A stretch of 41,133 nt of DNA from Utricularia gibba (lineage: Eukaryota; Plantae; Magnoliophyta), in the NCBI GenBank assembly GCA_002189035.1, contig NEEC01000055.1, forward strand, positions 1 to 41,133, given 5' to 3'. The notes beneath the pieces are model-generated. The model was given only the letters and a program-made list of their open reading frames with translations, had not been told where the DNA came from and ran no database searches. This document shows positions 10,601 through 25,600 of the stretch, one piece after another (the stretch's first letter is position 1; every line of letters begins with the position of its first letter). The translations under genes and the position numbers were made by a program.

Positions 10601-13600
10601 ACGAACCGACTCATCACACGAAACGAGGCCACCATGAGTTGTGGCTAGGGACACACCCATGGCATCTTAAATGATCATCTCGAAATCCGACATCATGTCA
10701 ACGTCCATGAAATACACATCTGAAGGCTCAATCTTTCGAGCATTTGTGCGTGCAACGAGCTTCGCCAACATGACTCATGTCAGGATTGCACGAGGCCACC
10801 ATGAGGTTGTGGCTAGGGGCATCTTCATGGAAATGTGAAATACATATGTCTTGCATGTCAATCACATTCGATCGAGTCTCCCGAAATTTCAAATTCGTCA
10901 CATCTGAAGGCTAATATAAGGCAATCTTTCGAGCATTTGTGCCTCGGACGAACAAGTTCTCAACACGAAAGAAGACATTCGTCAACATGACTCATCACCG
11001 TTCGCAAGATATCCACTCGATACCGAAGAGTGCACGAGGCCACCATGAGGTTGTGGCTAGGTGGCATCTTAAATGATCATCTCGAAATCCGAAATTTCAC
11101 ATCGTCCCATGAAATACATATGTCTTGCATGTCAAAAATCATTCGCATCGAGTCAGGTGTCCCGAGTCACATTTTCGCGAATGTGGTGGCCACTTCGTTG
11201 CACATCTGAAGGCTAATATAAGGCAATCTTTCGAGCATTTGTGCCCTCGGACGAACAAGTTCTCAACACGAAAGAAGACCGGCTCGGAACGAGCTTCGAA
11301 ACGGTATGATATGTGCAACATGACTCATCACCGTTTGCAAGATATCCACTCGATACCGAAGAGTGCACGAGGCCACCATGAGGTTGTGGCTATGGCATCT
11401 TAAATGATCATCTCGAAATCCAAATTTCACATCGTCCATCATATGATCGTTCCATGAAAACATCTGACTAATATAAGGCAATCTTTCGAGCATTTGTGCA
11501 ACGAACAAGTTCTCACATCGGAACGAGCTTCGAAACGGTATGATATGTGCAACATGACTCATCACCGTTTATCCACTCGATACCGAAGAGTGCACGAGGC
11601 CACCATGAGGTTGTGGCTAGGGACACACCCATCTTAAATGATCATCTCGAAATCCAAATTTCACATCGTCCATGAAATACATATGTCTTGCATGTCAAAA
11701 ATCACATTCGCATCGAGTCAGGTGTCCCGAGTCACATTTTCGCGAACGTGGTGGCCACTTCGTTGCACATCTGAAGGCTAATATAAGGCAATCTTTCGAG
11801 CATTTGTGCCTCCTCGGACGAACAAGTTCTCAACACGAAAAAGACCGGCTCGGAACGAGCTTCGAAACGGTATGATATGTGCAACATGACTCATCACCGT
11901 TTGAGATTCCATCGATCGAGAAATACATATGCACATGTCAAAAATCACATTCGCATCGAGTCAGGTGTCCCGAGTCACATTTTGCCACATCTGAAGGCTA
12001 ATATAAGGGAGCATTTGTGCCTTCTCTCACGAACCATGACTCATCACAAGGAATTTCTACACACCCATGGCATCTTAAATGATCATCTCGAAATCCGATG
12101 AAATACATATGTCTTGCATGTCAAAAATCGCATCGAGTCAAGTCACATCGCGAAAAGATCAGCCGTTGCATATCAACATGACTCATCACCGTAAGGAGAA
12201 TGCACGATTTCGTGGCTGGGACACACCGTTCATCTTAAAGAGATCTCGAAATCCTTTCACATCGTCGAAACCATGACTCATCACCGTTTGAGACATGAAT
12301 CGATCGAAGATGTGATGTCAGTCACCCGAGTCACATTTTCGCGAACGTGGTGGCCACTTCGTTGCACATCTGAAGGCTAATATATATCTTTCGAGCATTT
12401 GAGCCTCCTTGAACACAGTTCTCAACAGTGCACATGAGGCACGTGAGCTTCGACAACGGTATGTTGCATTCGTATGACAACATCATCACCGTTTGCAAGA
12501 GTATCCACTCGATCACCGAAGAGTGCACGAGGCCACACAAGTGTTGTGGCTAGGCAATCTTTCGAGCATTTGTGCCCTGGCATTCTCAACATGACTCATC
12601 ACCGTTTGCAAGATATCCACTCGATACCGAAGAGTGCACGAGGCCACCATGAGCTACATCGATCGAGATGAAATACATATGATGTCAAATCGTCCAAGTC
12701 ACATACATTCGACATCTGAAGGCTCAGCATCAAACAAACATTTCGCATCGACTCATCACCGTCAAGGATGTGCACGAGGCCACCATGAGGTCTACATTGG
12801 ATCGAAGTGGTGGAGGCAGTCACATTTTCTGACAGAAGGCTAATATAAGGCAATCTTTCGAGCATTTGTGCCTCCTCGGACGAACAAGTTCTCAACACGA
12901 AAAAGACCGGCTCGGAACGAGCTTCGAAACGGTATGATATGTGCAACATGACTCATCACCGTTTGCAAGATATCCACTCGATACCGAAGAGTGCACGAGG
13001 CCACCATGAGGTTGTGGCTAGGGACACACCATGGCATAAATGATCATCTCGAAATCCAAATTTCACATCGTCATGAAATACATATGTGCATGTCAAAAAT
13101 CACATTCGCATCGAGTCAGGTGTCCGAGTCACATTTTCGCGAACGTGGTGGCCACTTCGTTGCACATCTGAAGGCTAATATAAGGCAATCTTTCGAGCAT
13201 TTGTGCCTCGGACGAACAAGTTCTCAACACGTGGCTCAGGAACCACTCGAGATTGTCTAGACACACCATGGCATCTTAAATGATCATCTCGAAATCCGAA
13301 ATTTCACATCGTCCATGAAATACATATGTGCATGTCAAAAATCACATTCGCATCGAGTCAGGTGTCCCGAGTCACATTTTCGTGGTGGCCACTTCGTTGC
13401 ACATCTGAAGGCTAATATAAGGCAATCTTTCGAGCATTTGTGCCTCCTCGGACGAACAAGTTCTCAACACGAAAGAAGACCGGCTCGGAACGAGCTTCGA
13501 AACGGTATGATATGTGCAACATGACTCATCACCGTTTGCAAGATATCCACTCGATACCGAAGAGTGCACGAGGCCACCTAGGGACACACATGGCATCTTA

Positions 13601-16600
13601 AATGATCATCTCGAAATCCGAAATTTCACATCGTCCATGAAATACATATGCATGTCAAAAATCACATTCGCATCGAGTCAGGTGTCCCGAGTCACATTAA
13701 ACTTCGATCTGATCGAGCAATCTTCGAAACGGCAACATGACGAAGGATTGCTGAGCTAGTGGCATGATCATCATCAGTCAAAATGATGTCAAAAATCACA
13801 TTCGCATCGAGTCAGGTGTCCGAGTCACATTTTCGCGAACGTGGTGGCCACTTCGTTGCACATCTGAAGGCTAATATAAGGCAATCTTTCGAGCATTTGT
13901 GCCTCCTCGGACGAACAAGTTCTCAACACGAAAGAAGACCGGCTCGGAACGAGCTTCGAAACGGTATGCTATGTGCAACATGACTCATCACCATTTGCAA
14001 GATATCCACTCGATACCGAAGAGTGCACGAGGCCACCATCTAGGGACACACCGATGGCATCTTAAATGATCATCTCGAAATCCAAAATTTCACATCGTCC
14101 ATGAAATACATATGTTTGCATGTCAAAAATCACATTCGCATCGAGTCAGGTGTCCCGAGTCACATTTTCGCGAACGTGGTGGCCACTTCGTTGCACATCT
14201 GAAGGCTAATATAAGGCAATCTTTCGAGCATTTGTGCCTCCTCGGACGAACAAGTTCTCAACACGCAACGAGCTTCGAAACGGTACAACATGACTCATCA
14301 CCGTTTGCAAGATATCCACTCGATACCGAAGAGTGCACGAGGCCACCATGAGGTTGTGGCTATGGCATCTTAAATGATCATCTTCCGAAATTTCACATCG
14401 TCCATGAAATACATATGATGTCAAAAATCACATTCGCATCGAGTCAGGTGTCCCGAGTCACATTTTCGCGAACGTGGTGGCCACTTCGTTGCACATCTGA
14501 AGGCTAATATAAGGCAATCTTTCGAGCATTTGTGCCTCCTCGGACGAACAAGTTCTCAACACGAAAGAAGACCGGCTCGGAACGAGCTTCGAAACGGCAA
14601 CATGACTCATCACCATTTGCAAGATATCCACTCGATACCGAAGAGTGCACGAGGCCACCATGAGGTTGTGGCTAGGGACACACCATGGCATCTTAAATGA
14701 TCATCTCGAAATCCAAATTTCACATCGTCCATGAAATACATATGTTTTGCATGTCAAAAATCACATTCGCATCGAGTCAGGTGTCCCGAGTCACATTTTC
14801 GCGAACGTGGTGGCCACTTCGTTGCACATCTGAAGGCTAATATAAGGCAATCTTTCGAGCATTTGTGCCTCCTCGGACGAACAAGTTCTCAACACGAAAG
14901 AAACGAGCTTCGAAACGCTCAACATGGCAACGAGCTCTAGACAACGGTGATAGTGCAACATTTCTCAGAACGTTTTCGCACATCTGAAGGCTAATATAAG
15001 GCAATCTTTCGAGCATTTGTGCGGATACACGAAGAGTGCCGAGGCCATGACTCATGAAGGTTGTCTAGGGACACACCATGGCATCTTAAATGATCATCTC
15101 GAAATCCGTGGCATCATGTTGCGAGTCACGAGTGCGAACGTGGTGGCCACTTCGTTGCACATCTGAAGGCTAATATAAGGCAATCTTTCGAGCATTTGTG
15201 CCTCCTCGGACGAACAAGTTCTCAACATCCGAGCGAAACGCAACATGACTCATCACCGCAAGATATCCACTCGATACCGAAGAGTGCACGAGGCCACCAT
15301 GAGCTAGCACACGGCATCGATCATGAGTAAAGATCATCTCGGTCACCGAACATTTCGCGAACATTCGTTGCACATCTGAAGGCTAATATAAGGCAATCTT
15401 TCGAGCATTTGTGCCTCCTCGGACGAACAAGTTCTCAACACGAAAGAAGACCGGCTCGGAACGAGCTTCGAAACGGTATGATATGTGCAACATGACTCAT
15501 CACCGTTTGCAAGATATCCACTCGATACCGAAGAGTGCACGAGGCCACCATGAGGTTGTGGCTAGGGACACACATGGCATCTTAAATGATCATCTCGAAA
15601 TCCAAATTTCACATCGTCCATGAAATACATATGTCTTGCATGTCAAAAATGCATCGAGTCAGGCCCGAGTCACATTTTCGCGAACGTGGTGGCCACTTCG
15701 TTGCACATCTGAAGGCTAATATAAGGCAATCTTTCGAGCATTTGTGCCTCCTCGGACGAACAAGTTCTCAACACGAAAGAAGACCGGCTCGGAACGAGCT
15801 TCGAAACGGTATGATATGTGCAACATGACTCATCGTTTGCAAGATATCGATACCGAAGAGTGCACGAGGCCACCATCTAGGGACACACCATGGCATAAAT
15901 GATCATCTCGAAATCCGAAATTTCACATCGTCCATGAAATACATATGATTCATTTCGCATCGCAATCGTCCACACATCTGAAGGCTAATCAATCAGCACC
16001 TCCTCGGACGAACAAGTTCTCAACACGAAAAAGACCGGCTCGGAACGAGCTTCGAAACGGTATGCAACATGACGAAGGATTTCTAGTTGATGAGAGTGGC
16101 CAGAAGGCACGAGGCCAAGAAGGCTAATATAAGGCAATCTTTCGAGCATACGAACAAGTTCTCAACACGAAAGAAGACCGGCTCGGAACGAGCTTCGAAA
16201 CGGTATGATATGTGCAACATGACTCATCACCGTTTGCAAGATATCCACTCGATACCGAAGAGTTCTAGGTCGATCAATGGATCGCATCCAAAAACACACA
16301 ATCATCGAGCAATCACATTTTCCGGGGTGGCGAGTCATGTAAGAAGGCTAATATAAGGCAATCTTTCGAGCATTTGTGCCTCCTCGGACGAACAAGTTCT
16401 CAACACGAAAAGAAACGAGCTTCGAAACGCAACATGACTCATCACAAGATATCCACTCGATACCGAAGAGTGCACGAGGCCACCATGAGGTTGTGGCTAG
16501 ACACACGGCATCTTAAATGATCATCTCGAAATCCAAATTTCACATCGTCATGAAATACATATGATGTCAAATCGCATCATAGTGCGAAGACTACATCCTA

Positions 16601-19600
16601 CAATCTTTCGATCCTCCTCGGACGAACAAGTTCTCAACATGAAGAGTTTTGATACTTCGTTGCACATCTGAAGGCTAATATAAGGCAATCTTTCGAGCAT
16701 TTGTGCCTCCTCGGACGAACAAGTTCTCAACACGAAAGAAGACCGGCTCGGAACGAGCTTCGAAACGGTATGCCAACATGAGTCAAGACCACTCGATTTG
16801 AGGTTGTGGCTAGGGACACACCGATCGATCATCTCGGAAATTTCACATCGTCCATGAAATACATATGTCATGTCAAAAATCACATTCGCATCGAGTCAGG
16901 TGTCCGAGTCACATTTTCGCGAACGTGGTGGCCACTTCGTTGCACATCTGAAGGCTAATATAAGGCAATCTTTCGAGCATTTGTGCCTCCTCGGACGAAC
17001 AAGTTCTCAACAAAAGAAGACCGGCTCGGAACGAGCTTCGAAACGGTATGATGTGCAACATGACTCATCACCATTTGCAAGATATCCACTCGATACCGAA
17101 GAGTGCACGAGGCCACCATGCTAGGGACTGGCATCTTAAATGATCATCTCGAAATCCGAAATTTCACATCGTCCATGAAATACATATGGCATGTCAAAAA
17201 TCACATTCGCATCGAGTCAAACATCTGGTGGCCACTTCGTTGCACATCTGAAGGCTAATATAAGGCAATCTTTCGAGCATTTGTGCCTCCTCGGACGAAC
17301 AAGTTCTCAACGGACAACGAATAAACATGAGAAGGATTGTCTATCATCGATGCAGTGAACACATCAGGCAAACATAACACTCGTTGGCCAAGATACGATG
17401 CAACGAGCTTCGAAACCAACATGACTCATCACCGTTTGCAAGATATCCACTCGATTGCACGAGGCCACCATGAGGTTGTGGCTAGGGACACACCCATCTT
17501 AAATGATCATCTCGAAATCCGAAATTTCACATCGTCATGAAATACATATGTGCATGTCAAAAATCACATTCGCATCGAGTCAGGTGTCCCGAGTCACATT
17601 TTCGCGAACGTGGTGGCCACTTCGTTGCACATCTGAAGGCTAATATAAGGCAATCTTTCGAGCATACGATATGTCTCGTCGAGCGATTGTGCCTCATCTC
17701 GGACACATCGTGCATGAAACACATAAAAAGTCCACACATCTGAAGGCTAATATAAGGCAATCTTTCGAGCATTTGTGCCTCCTCGGACGAACAATTCTCA
17801 ACACGAAAGAGACTCGGAACGAGCTTCGAAACGGTAGGATGTGCAACATGAAAACCATCAAGAGCAATCCATTACCGAACATGAGACGATTTGAGGTTGT
17901 GGCTATCGATCATCTCGAAATCCGAAATTTCACATCGTCCATGAAATACATATGTTTTGCATGTCAAAAATCACATTCGCATCGAGTCAGGTGTCCCGAG
18001 TCACATTTTCGCGAACGTGGTGGCCACTTCGTTGCACATCTGAAGGCTAATATAAGGCAATCTTTCGAGCATTTGTGCCTCCTCGGACGAACAAGTTCTC
18101 ATCGGAACGAGCTTCGAAAAAATGGCTCGGAACTTCGATCGGTGAAATGTCTCACATGTCACACATTCGCATCGAGTCACCCGTTTTCGCACAGATAATC
18201 AATCTTTCGAGCATTTGATGAAGTGGCCGACCGGCAGGTTGTGGCTATATGATCATCTCGAAATCCGAAATTTCACATCGATCATCATGTCAAAAATCAC
18301 ATTCGCATCGAGTCAGGTGTCTCACATCGCGAAACTTCGTTGCACATCTGAAGGCTAATATAAGGCAATCTTTCGAGCATTTGTGCCTCCTCGGACGAAC
18401 AAGTTCTCAACATAACGAGGAAACGGCTGAGCAAGGTTGCTCTACACACCGATGGCAAAGATCACATCTCGAAATCGAAATTTCACATCGTCCCAAAATA
18501 GTTTTGCTCATCACATTCGCATCGAGTCAGGTGTCATGAGTCAATTTTCGCGAACGTGGTGGCCACTTCGTTGCACATCTGAAGGCTAATATAAGGCAAT
18601 CTTTCGAGCATTTGTGCCTCCTCGGACGAACAAGTTCTCAACACGAAAGAAGACCGGCTCGGAACGAGCTTCGTGGCGGTCTGATGAGTGCATAATCATA
18701 TCGAGTCAGCAACGTTTTCGCAGATATCAATGTCCTCCTCGGACGAACAAGTTCTCAACACGAACAACGAGCGAGGCCACATGAGGGTTGTGACTAGGAC
18801 ACCGATGGGCATCAAATGATCATCTCGAAATCCGAAAACATCGTCACATGAAATACATATGTTTTGCATGAGTCACATTTCTTCAGGTGTGAGTCACCGC
18901 GAACGTGGTGGCCACTTCGTTGCACATCTGAAGGCTAATATAAGGCAATCTTTCGAGCATTTGTGCCTCCTCGGACGAACAAGTTCTCAACACGAAAGAA
19001 GACTGGCTCGGAACGAGCTTCGAAACGGTATGATATGTGCAACATGACTCATCACGTTGCAAGATATCCACTCGATACCGAAGAGTGCACGAGGCCACCA
19101 TGAGGTTGTGGCTAGGGACACAAGGATCATTAAATGATCATCTCGAAATAAATTTCACATCGTCGATGAAATACATATGTCCATGTCAAAAATCACATTC
19201 GCATCGAGTCAGGTGTCCCGAGTCACATTTTCGCGAACGTGGTGGCCACTTCGTTGCACATCTGAAGGCTAATATAAGGCAATCTTTCGAGCATTTGTGC
19301 CTCCTCGGACGAACAAGTTCTCAACACGAAAGAAGACCGGCTCGGAACGAGCTTCGAAACGGTATGGTGTGCAACATCATTGTTTTGTATATCCTACTCG
19401 ATACGTGAGACGAGGAGGCCACCATGAGGTTGTGGCTAGGGACACACCGAAATGGCATCTAAATGATCATCTCGAACATCAAATTCGTCACATCGTCAAG
19501 ATGAAATACATATGTCTGAATCAATGCACGAGGCCACCATCTAGGGTCCATCTCGAGTCACATCGGTGTCAAAGGAGTCACTGCGAACGTGGTGGCCACT

Positions 19601-22600
19601 TCGTTGCACATCTGAAGGCTAATATAAGGCAATCTTTCGAGCATTTGTGCCTCCTCGGACGAACAAGTTCTCAACACGAAAGAAGACCGGCTCGGAACGA
19701 GCTCTATGTGATATGAGAGGACATCATCAGGCAAATATCCACTATCCTACGAAGACTGCACGAGGCCACCATGAGGTTGTGGCTAGGGAACACTTGGCAT
19801 CTCAAATGATCGATCTCGAAATCAAATTTCACATCGTCCATGAAATATATGTAACATGTCAAAAATCGATTTCCTCAGGTTCGAGTCACATTGCGAACGT
19901 GTGGCCACTTCGTTGCACATCTGAAGGCTAATATAAGGCAATCTTTCGAGCATTTGTGCCTCCTCGGACGAACAAGTTCTCAACACGAAAGAAGAGGGCT
20001 CGGAACGAGCTTCGAAACGGTATGATATGTGAGTGACATCATGTCAGCATCCATTTGCGAAATACATCCTACTCGATACCGTGCATGCCACCATGAGGTT
20101 GTGGCTAGGGAGATCATCTCGAAATCCGAAATTTCACATCGTCCCATCAAATGCATCGATCTCGAAATCCAAACTTTCACATCGTCCATGAAATACATAT
20201 GTCTCATGTCAAAAATCACATTTCGGTCAGGTGTGAGTCACATTTTCGCGAACGTGGTGGCCAACAAAGGCTAATATAAGGCAATCTTTCGAGCATTTGT
20301 GCACGAACAAGTTCGACGAAAGACCGAGCTCGGAACGAGCTTCGGGTGAGGTGATGACATCATCGTTTGCAAGATATCCAGATACAAGAAGAGTGCACGA
20401 GGCCACCATGAGGTTGTGGCTAGGACACACCATGGCATCTTAAATGATCATCTCGAAATCCGAAATTTCACATCGTCCACATCCCGAAATATGCGAAACT
20501 TCGTTGCACATCTGAAGGCTAATATAAGGCAATCTTTCGAGCATTTGTGCCTCCTCGGACGAACAAGTTCTCAACACGAAAGAAGACCGGCTCGGAACGA
20601 GCTTCGAAACGGTATGATATGTGCAACATGACTCATCACCGTTTGCAAGATATCCACTCGATACCGAAGAGTGCACGAGGCCACCATGAGGTTGTGGCTA
20701 GGGACACACCATGGCATCTTAAATGATCATCTCGAAATCCAAATTTCACATCGTCCCATGAAATACATATGTCTTGCATGTGCATCGAGTCCAGTCACAT
20801 TTTCGCGAACGTGGTGGCCACTTCGTTGCACATCTGAAGGCTAATATAAGGCAATCTTTCGAGCATTTGTGCCTCCTCGGACGAACAAGTTCTCAACACG
20901 AAAGAAGACCGGCTCGGAACGAGCTTCGAAACGGTATGATATGTGCAACATGACTCATCACCGTTTGCAAGATATCCACTCGATACCGAAGAGTGCACGA
21001 GGCCACATGAGGTTGTGGCTAGGGACATGGCATCTTAAATGATCATCTCGAAATAAATTTCACATCGTCCATGAAATACATATGTCTTGCATGTCAAAAA
21101 TCACATTCGCATCGAGTCAGGTGTCCCGAGTCACATTAAAACGTCAGATATCGTTTTCGAGAAGGCTTATATGGCAACAATCGGCATCATGCAGTTGAAC
21201 AAAAAGTCCAAACGAACAAGTTCTCAACATCGGAACGAGCTTCGAAACGGTATGATATGTGCAACATGACTCATCACCGAAGATATCCACTCGATTGTGC
21301 TAGGGACACACCATGGCATCTTAAATGATCATCTCGAAATCCAAATTTCACATCGTCCCATGAAATACATATGTCTTGCATGGCATCGAGTCGAACATAA
21401 CGTGGTGGCCACTTCGTTGCACATCTGAAGGCTAATATAAGGCAATCTTTCGAGCATTTGTGCCTCCTCGGACGAACAAGTTCTCAACACGAAAGTCGGA
21501 ACGAGCTTCGAAACGGTATGATGTGCAACATGACTCAGAAGATGATACCCACGAGGCCACCATGAGGTTGTGGCTAGGGACACACATGGCATCTTAAATG
21601 ATCATCTCGAAATCCAAATTTCACATCGTCCATGAAATACATATGTCTTGCATGTCAAAAATCACATTCGCATCGAGTCCCCGAGTCACATTTTCGCGAA
21701 CGTGGTGGCCACTTCGTTGCACATCTGAAGGCTAATATAAGGCAATCTTTCGAGCATTTGTGCCTCCTCGGACGAACAAGTTCTCAACATTTCGAAACGC
21801 GAGCAAGGATTGCACGAGGCCACCATGAGCTAGGGACACACGGCATAAATGATCATCTCGAAATGAACGATGTGCATCCCTCACATTTTCGCGAACGTGG
21901 TGGCCACTTCGTTGCACATCTGAAGGCTAATATAAGGCAATCTTTCGAGCATTTGTGCCTCCTCGGACGAACAAGTTCTCAACACGAAAGAAGACCGGCT
22001 CGGAACGAGCTTCGAAACGGTATGATATGTGCAACATGACTCATCACCTTTGCAAGATATCCACTCGATACCGAAGAGTGCACGAGGCCACCATGAGGTT
22101 GTGGCTAGGACACACCATGGCATCTTAAATGATCATCTCGAGGTCCCACATCTTGCATAAAAATCACATTCGATCGAGTCAGCCCGAGTCGCGAAACTTC
22201 ACATGTAATATAAGGCAATCTTTCGAGCATTTGTGCCTCCTCGGAAACAAGTAACATCGGAACGAGCTTCGAAACGGTATTATGTGCAACATGACTCATC
22301 AAAGATAACATTTCGGGGCATGTCGCATCGAGTCAGAGTTTTCGCGAACGTGGTGGCCACTTCGTTGCACATCTGAAGGCTAATATAAGGCAATCTTTCG
22401 AGCATTTGTGCCTCCTCGGACGAACAAGTTCTCAACACGAAAGAAGACCGTGCTCGGAACGAGCTTCTATCGGTATGTGCACAAGACTCATCACCATGTT
22501 TTCGCACATCTGAAGGCTAATATAAGGCAATCTTTCGAGCATTTGTGCGGATATGCGACGAGGCCAACATGACTCATGAAGGTTGTGAGGTTGTGGCTAG

Positions 22601-25600
22601 GGACACACACCGATCATCTCGCCCGAAATTTCTCGTATGAATACATATGTCATCATCACATTCGCATCGAGTCAGGTGTCCCGAACAATCCACTTCGTTG
22701 CACATCTGAAGGCTAATATAAGGCAATCTTTCGAGCATTTGTGCCTCGGACGAACAAGTTCTCAACACGAAAGAAAGACATGTCAACATGAATCACCATT
22801 TGCAAGCCACTCGAGAAGAACGAGTGAGCTAGGGACACACCCATGGCATCTTAAATGATCATCTCGAAATTTTCACATCGGAAGTCATGTGGTCACAGTC
22901 ACATTTTCGCGAACGTGGTGGCCACTTCGTTGCACATCTGAAGGCTAATATAAGGCAATTTTCGAGCATTTGTGCGACTTTGTGGAACGAAAACTCGGAC
23001 GAACCGAAGTTCTCACACCCACGATCATCTCGAGAAGTCGAAATACCATGGCATCGAGTCAAGTCACATTTTCGAGCCACTTCGACATCTGAAGGCTAAT
23101 ATAAGGCAATCTTTCGAGCATTTGTGCCTCCTCGGACGAACAAGTTCTCAACTCGTTCGCCATGACTCATCACCGTTTGCAAGATATCCACTCGATACCG
23201 ACACGAGGCCACCATGAGGTTGTGGCTAGGAGGCATACATCAAATGACACATCATGGTGCATCTAGGAACAGTCACCTGGCGTTGCACATCTGAAGGCTA
23301 ATATAAGGCAATCTTTCGAGCATTTGTGCTCGGAAATGATTTCCATCGTCATGAAGGATGTGCACGAGGCCACCATGAGGTTGTGGCTAGGATCAAAAAT
23401 CACATTCATGCATCGTCAGTCGAGGTGTCCCGAGTCACATTTTCGCGAACGTGGTGGCCACTTCGTTGCACATCTGAAGGCTAATATAAGGCAATCTTTC
23501 GAGCATTTGTGCATTTGTCGTCCTCAACATGGAAGAGATACAAGTGCACGAGGCCACCATGAGGTTGTGGCTCACACACATCTTAAATGATCATCTCGAG
23601 AAGATGTCGGAGTCAGGTCGAGTCACACGCGAAACTTCGTTGCACATCTGAAGGCTAATATAAGGCAATCTTTCGAGCATTTGTGCCTCCTCGGACGAAC
23701 AAGTGTCGCGAAAACATGACAACATGACTCATCACCAAGATATCCACTCGATACCGAAGAGTGCACGAGGCCACCATGAGGTTGTGGCTAGGGACACACC
23801 CATGGCATCTTAAATGATCATCTCGAAGAAAATGCACGCATCCCAGTCACATAACATTCGTGGCTAGGGAGCACACCATGAGCATTCGAAACGGTATAAA
23901 TGATCATCTCGATGATTTCTAGGGACATCTTAAATGATCATCTCGAAATCCGAAATACATCGTCCATGGCATGTCAAAAATCACATTCGCATCGAGTCAG
24001 GTGTCCCGAGTCACATTTTCGCGAACGTGGTGGCCACTTCGTTGCACATCTGAAGGCTAATATAAGGCAATCTTTCGAGCATTTGTGCCTCCTCGGACGA
24101 ACAAGTTCTCAACACGAAAAAGAAGAGCTTCGAAACGCTCAACATGGAACCACTCGATACCGAAGAGTGCACGAGGCCACCATGAGGTTGTGGCTAGGGT
24201 CGCATCCCATGGACATCACTCGTTCGAACAAAATTCCACATCCTACAATCGAGCAACGAACAAGTTCTCAACACGAAAGAAGACCGGCTCGGAACGAGCT
24301 TCGAAACGGTATGCTATGTGCAACATGACTCATCACCAAGATAGATTGTCTAGGGACACACCCATGGCATCTTAAATGATCATCTCGAAATCCAAATTTC
24401 ACATCGTCACACGTCCACATGCGAAACTACATCTGTCAGAGCATGTGCACGAAAATCACATTTCGCAACATGACTCATCACCATCACTCGGTGTCTAGTG
24501 CGATCATCTTCCAAATTTCACATATGAACGTGGTGGCCACGTTCAGCACATCTGGTGGCCAAGCTAATATAAGGCAATCTTTCGAGCATTTGTGCCTCCT
24601 CGGACGAACAAGTTCTCAACACGAAAGAAGACACGGCTCGGAACGAGCTTCGAAACGGTATGATGTGCATCGCAAGTCACATTTTCGCGAACGTGGTGGC
24701 CACTTCGTTGCACATCTGAAGGCTAATATAAGGCAAGAGCATACGAACAAGTTCTCACTCGGAACGAGCTTCGAAACCGAAGAGTGCACGAGGCCACCAT
24801 GAGGTTGTGGCTAGGGATCACAATCCGAAATTTCACATCGTCATGAAATACATCTTGCATGTCAAAAATCACATTCGCATCGAGTCAGGTGTCCCGAGTC
24901 ACATTTTCGCGAACGTGGTGGCCACTTCGTTGCACATCTGAAGGCTAATATAAGGCAATCTTTCGAGCATTTGTGCCTCCTCGGACGAACAAGTTCTCAA
25001 CATCGGAACGAGCTTCGAAACGGTATGCTTGTGCATGACTCGCACTCGATTGCACTCTATCAGGTGTCGAAATACATATGTTTTGCATGTCATCACATTC
25101 GCATCGAGTCACCGAACATTTTCGTGGTGGCCACTTCGTTGCACATCTGAAGGCTAATATAAGGCAATCTTTCGAGCATTTGTGCCCTCGGACGAACAAG
25201 TTCTCAACACGAAAAAGACCGGCTCGGAACGAGCTTCGAAACGGTATGCTACAACATGACTCATCGATGATACCGACTCCACGGCATCGATCATCTCGAA
25301 ATTTTCACATCGTCCATGAAATACATATGTGCAAATCACATATCGAGTCAGCAGTCACGTCCACTTCGTTGCAGAAGGCTCAATCAGCATTTGTGCGGAC
25401 GAACAAGTTCTCACACGACAACGAGCGAAGGTATGCCAACATGAGTGATTGTCTAGCGACATCGATGATTTTCACATCGTCATCATATGAAATCACATTC
25501 GCATCGAGTCAGGTGTTGCGAACGTGAACATCTGAAGGCTAATATAAGGCAATCATTCGAATCGAGTCCTCCTTGAAGAGGCATCTTCGAACGAACAGAT

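Noticed and set aside
16268-16280. GGTCGATCAATGG resembling a recalled knob180 segment (GGTCGATGATCAATGG)
   Set aside because: It is a single short gapped match inside a noisy segment, compared from memory, and likely coincidental.
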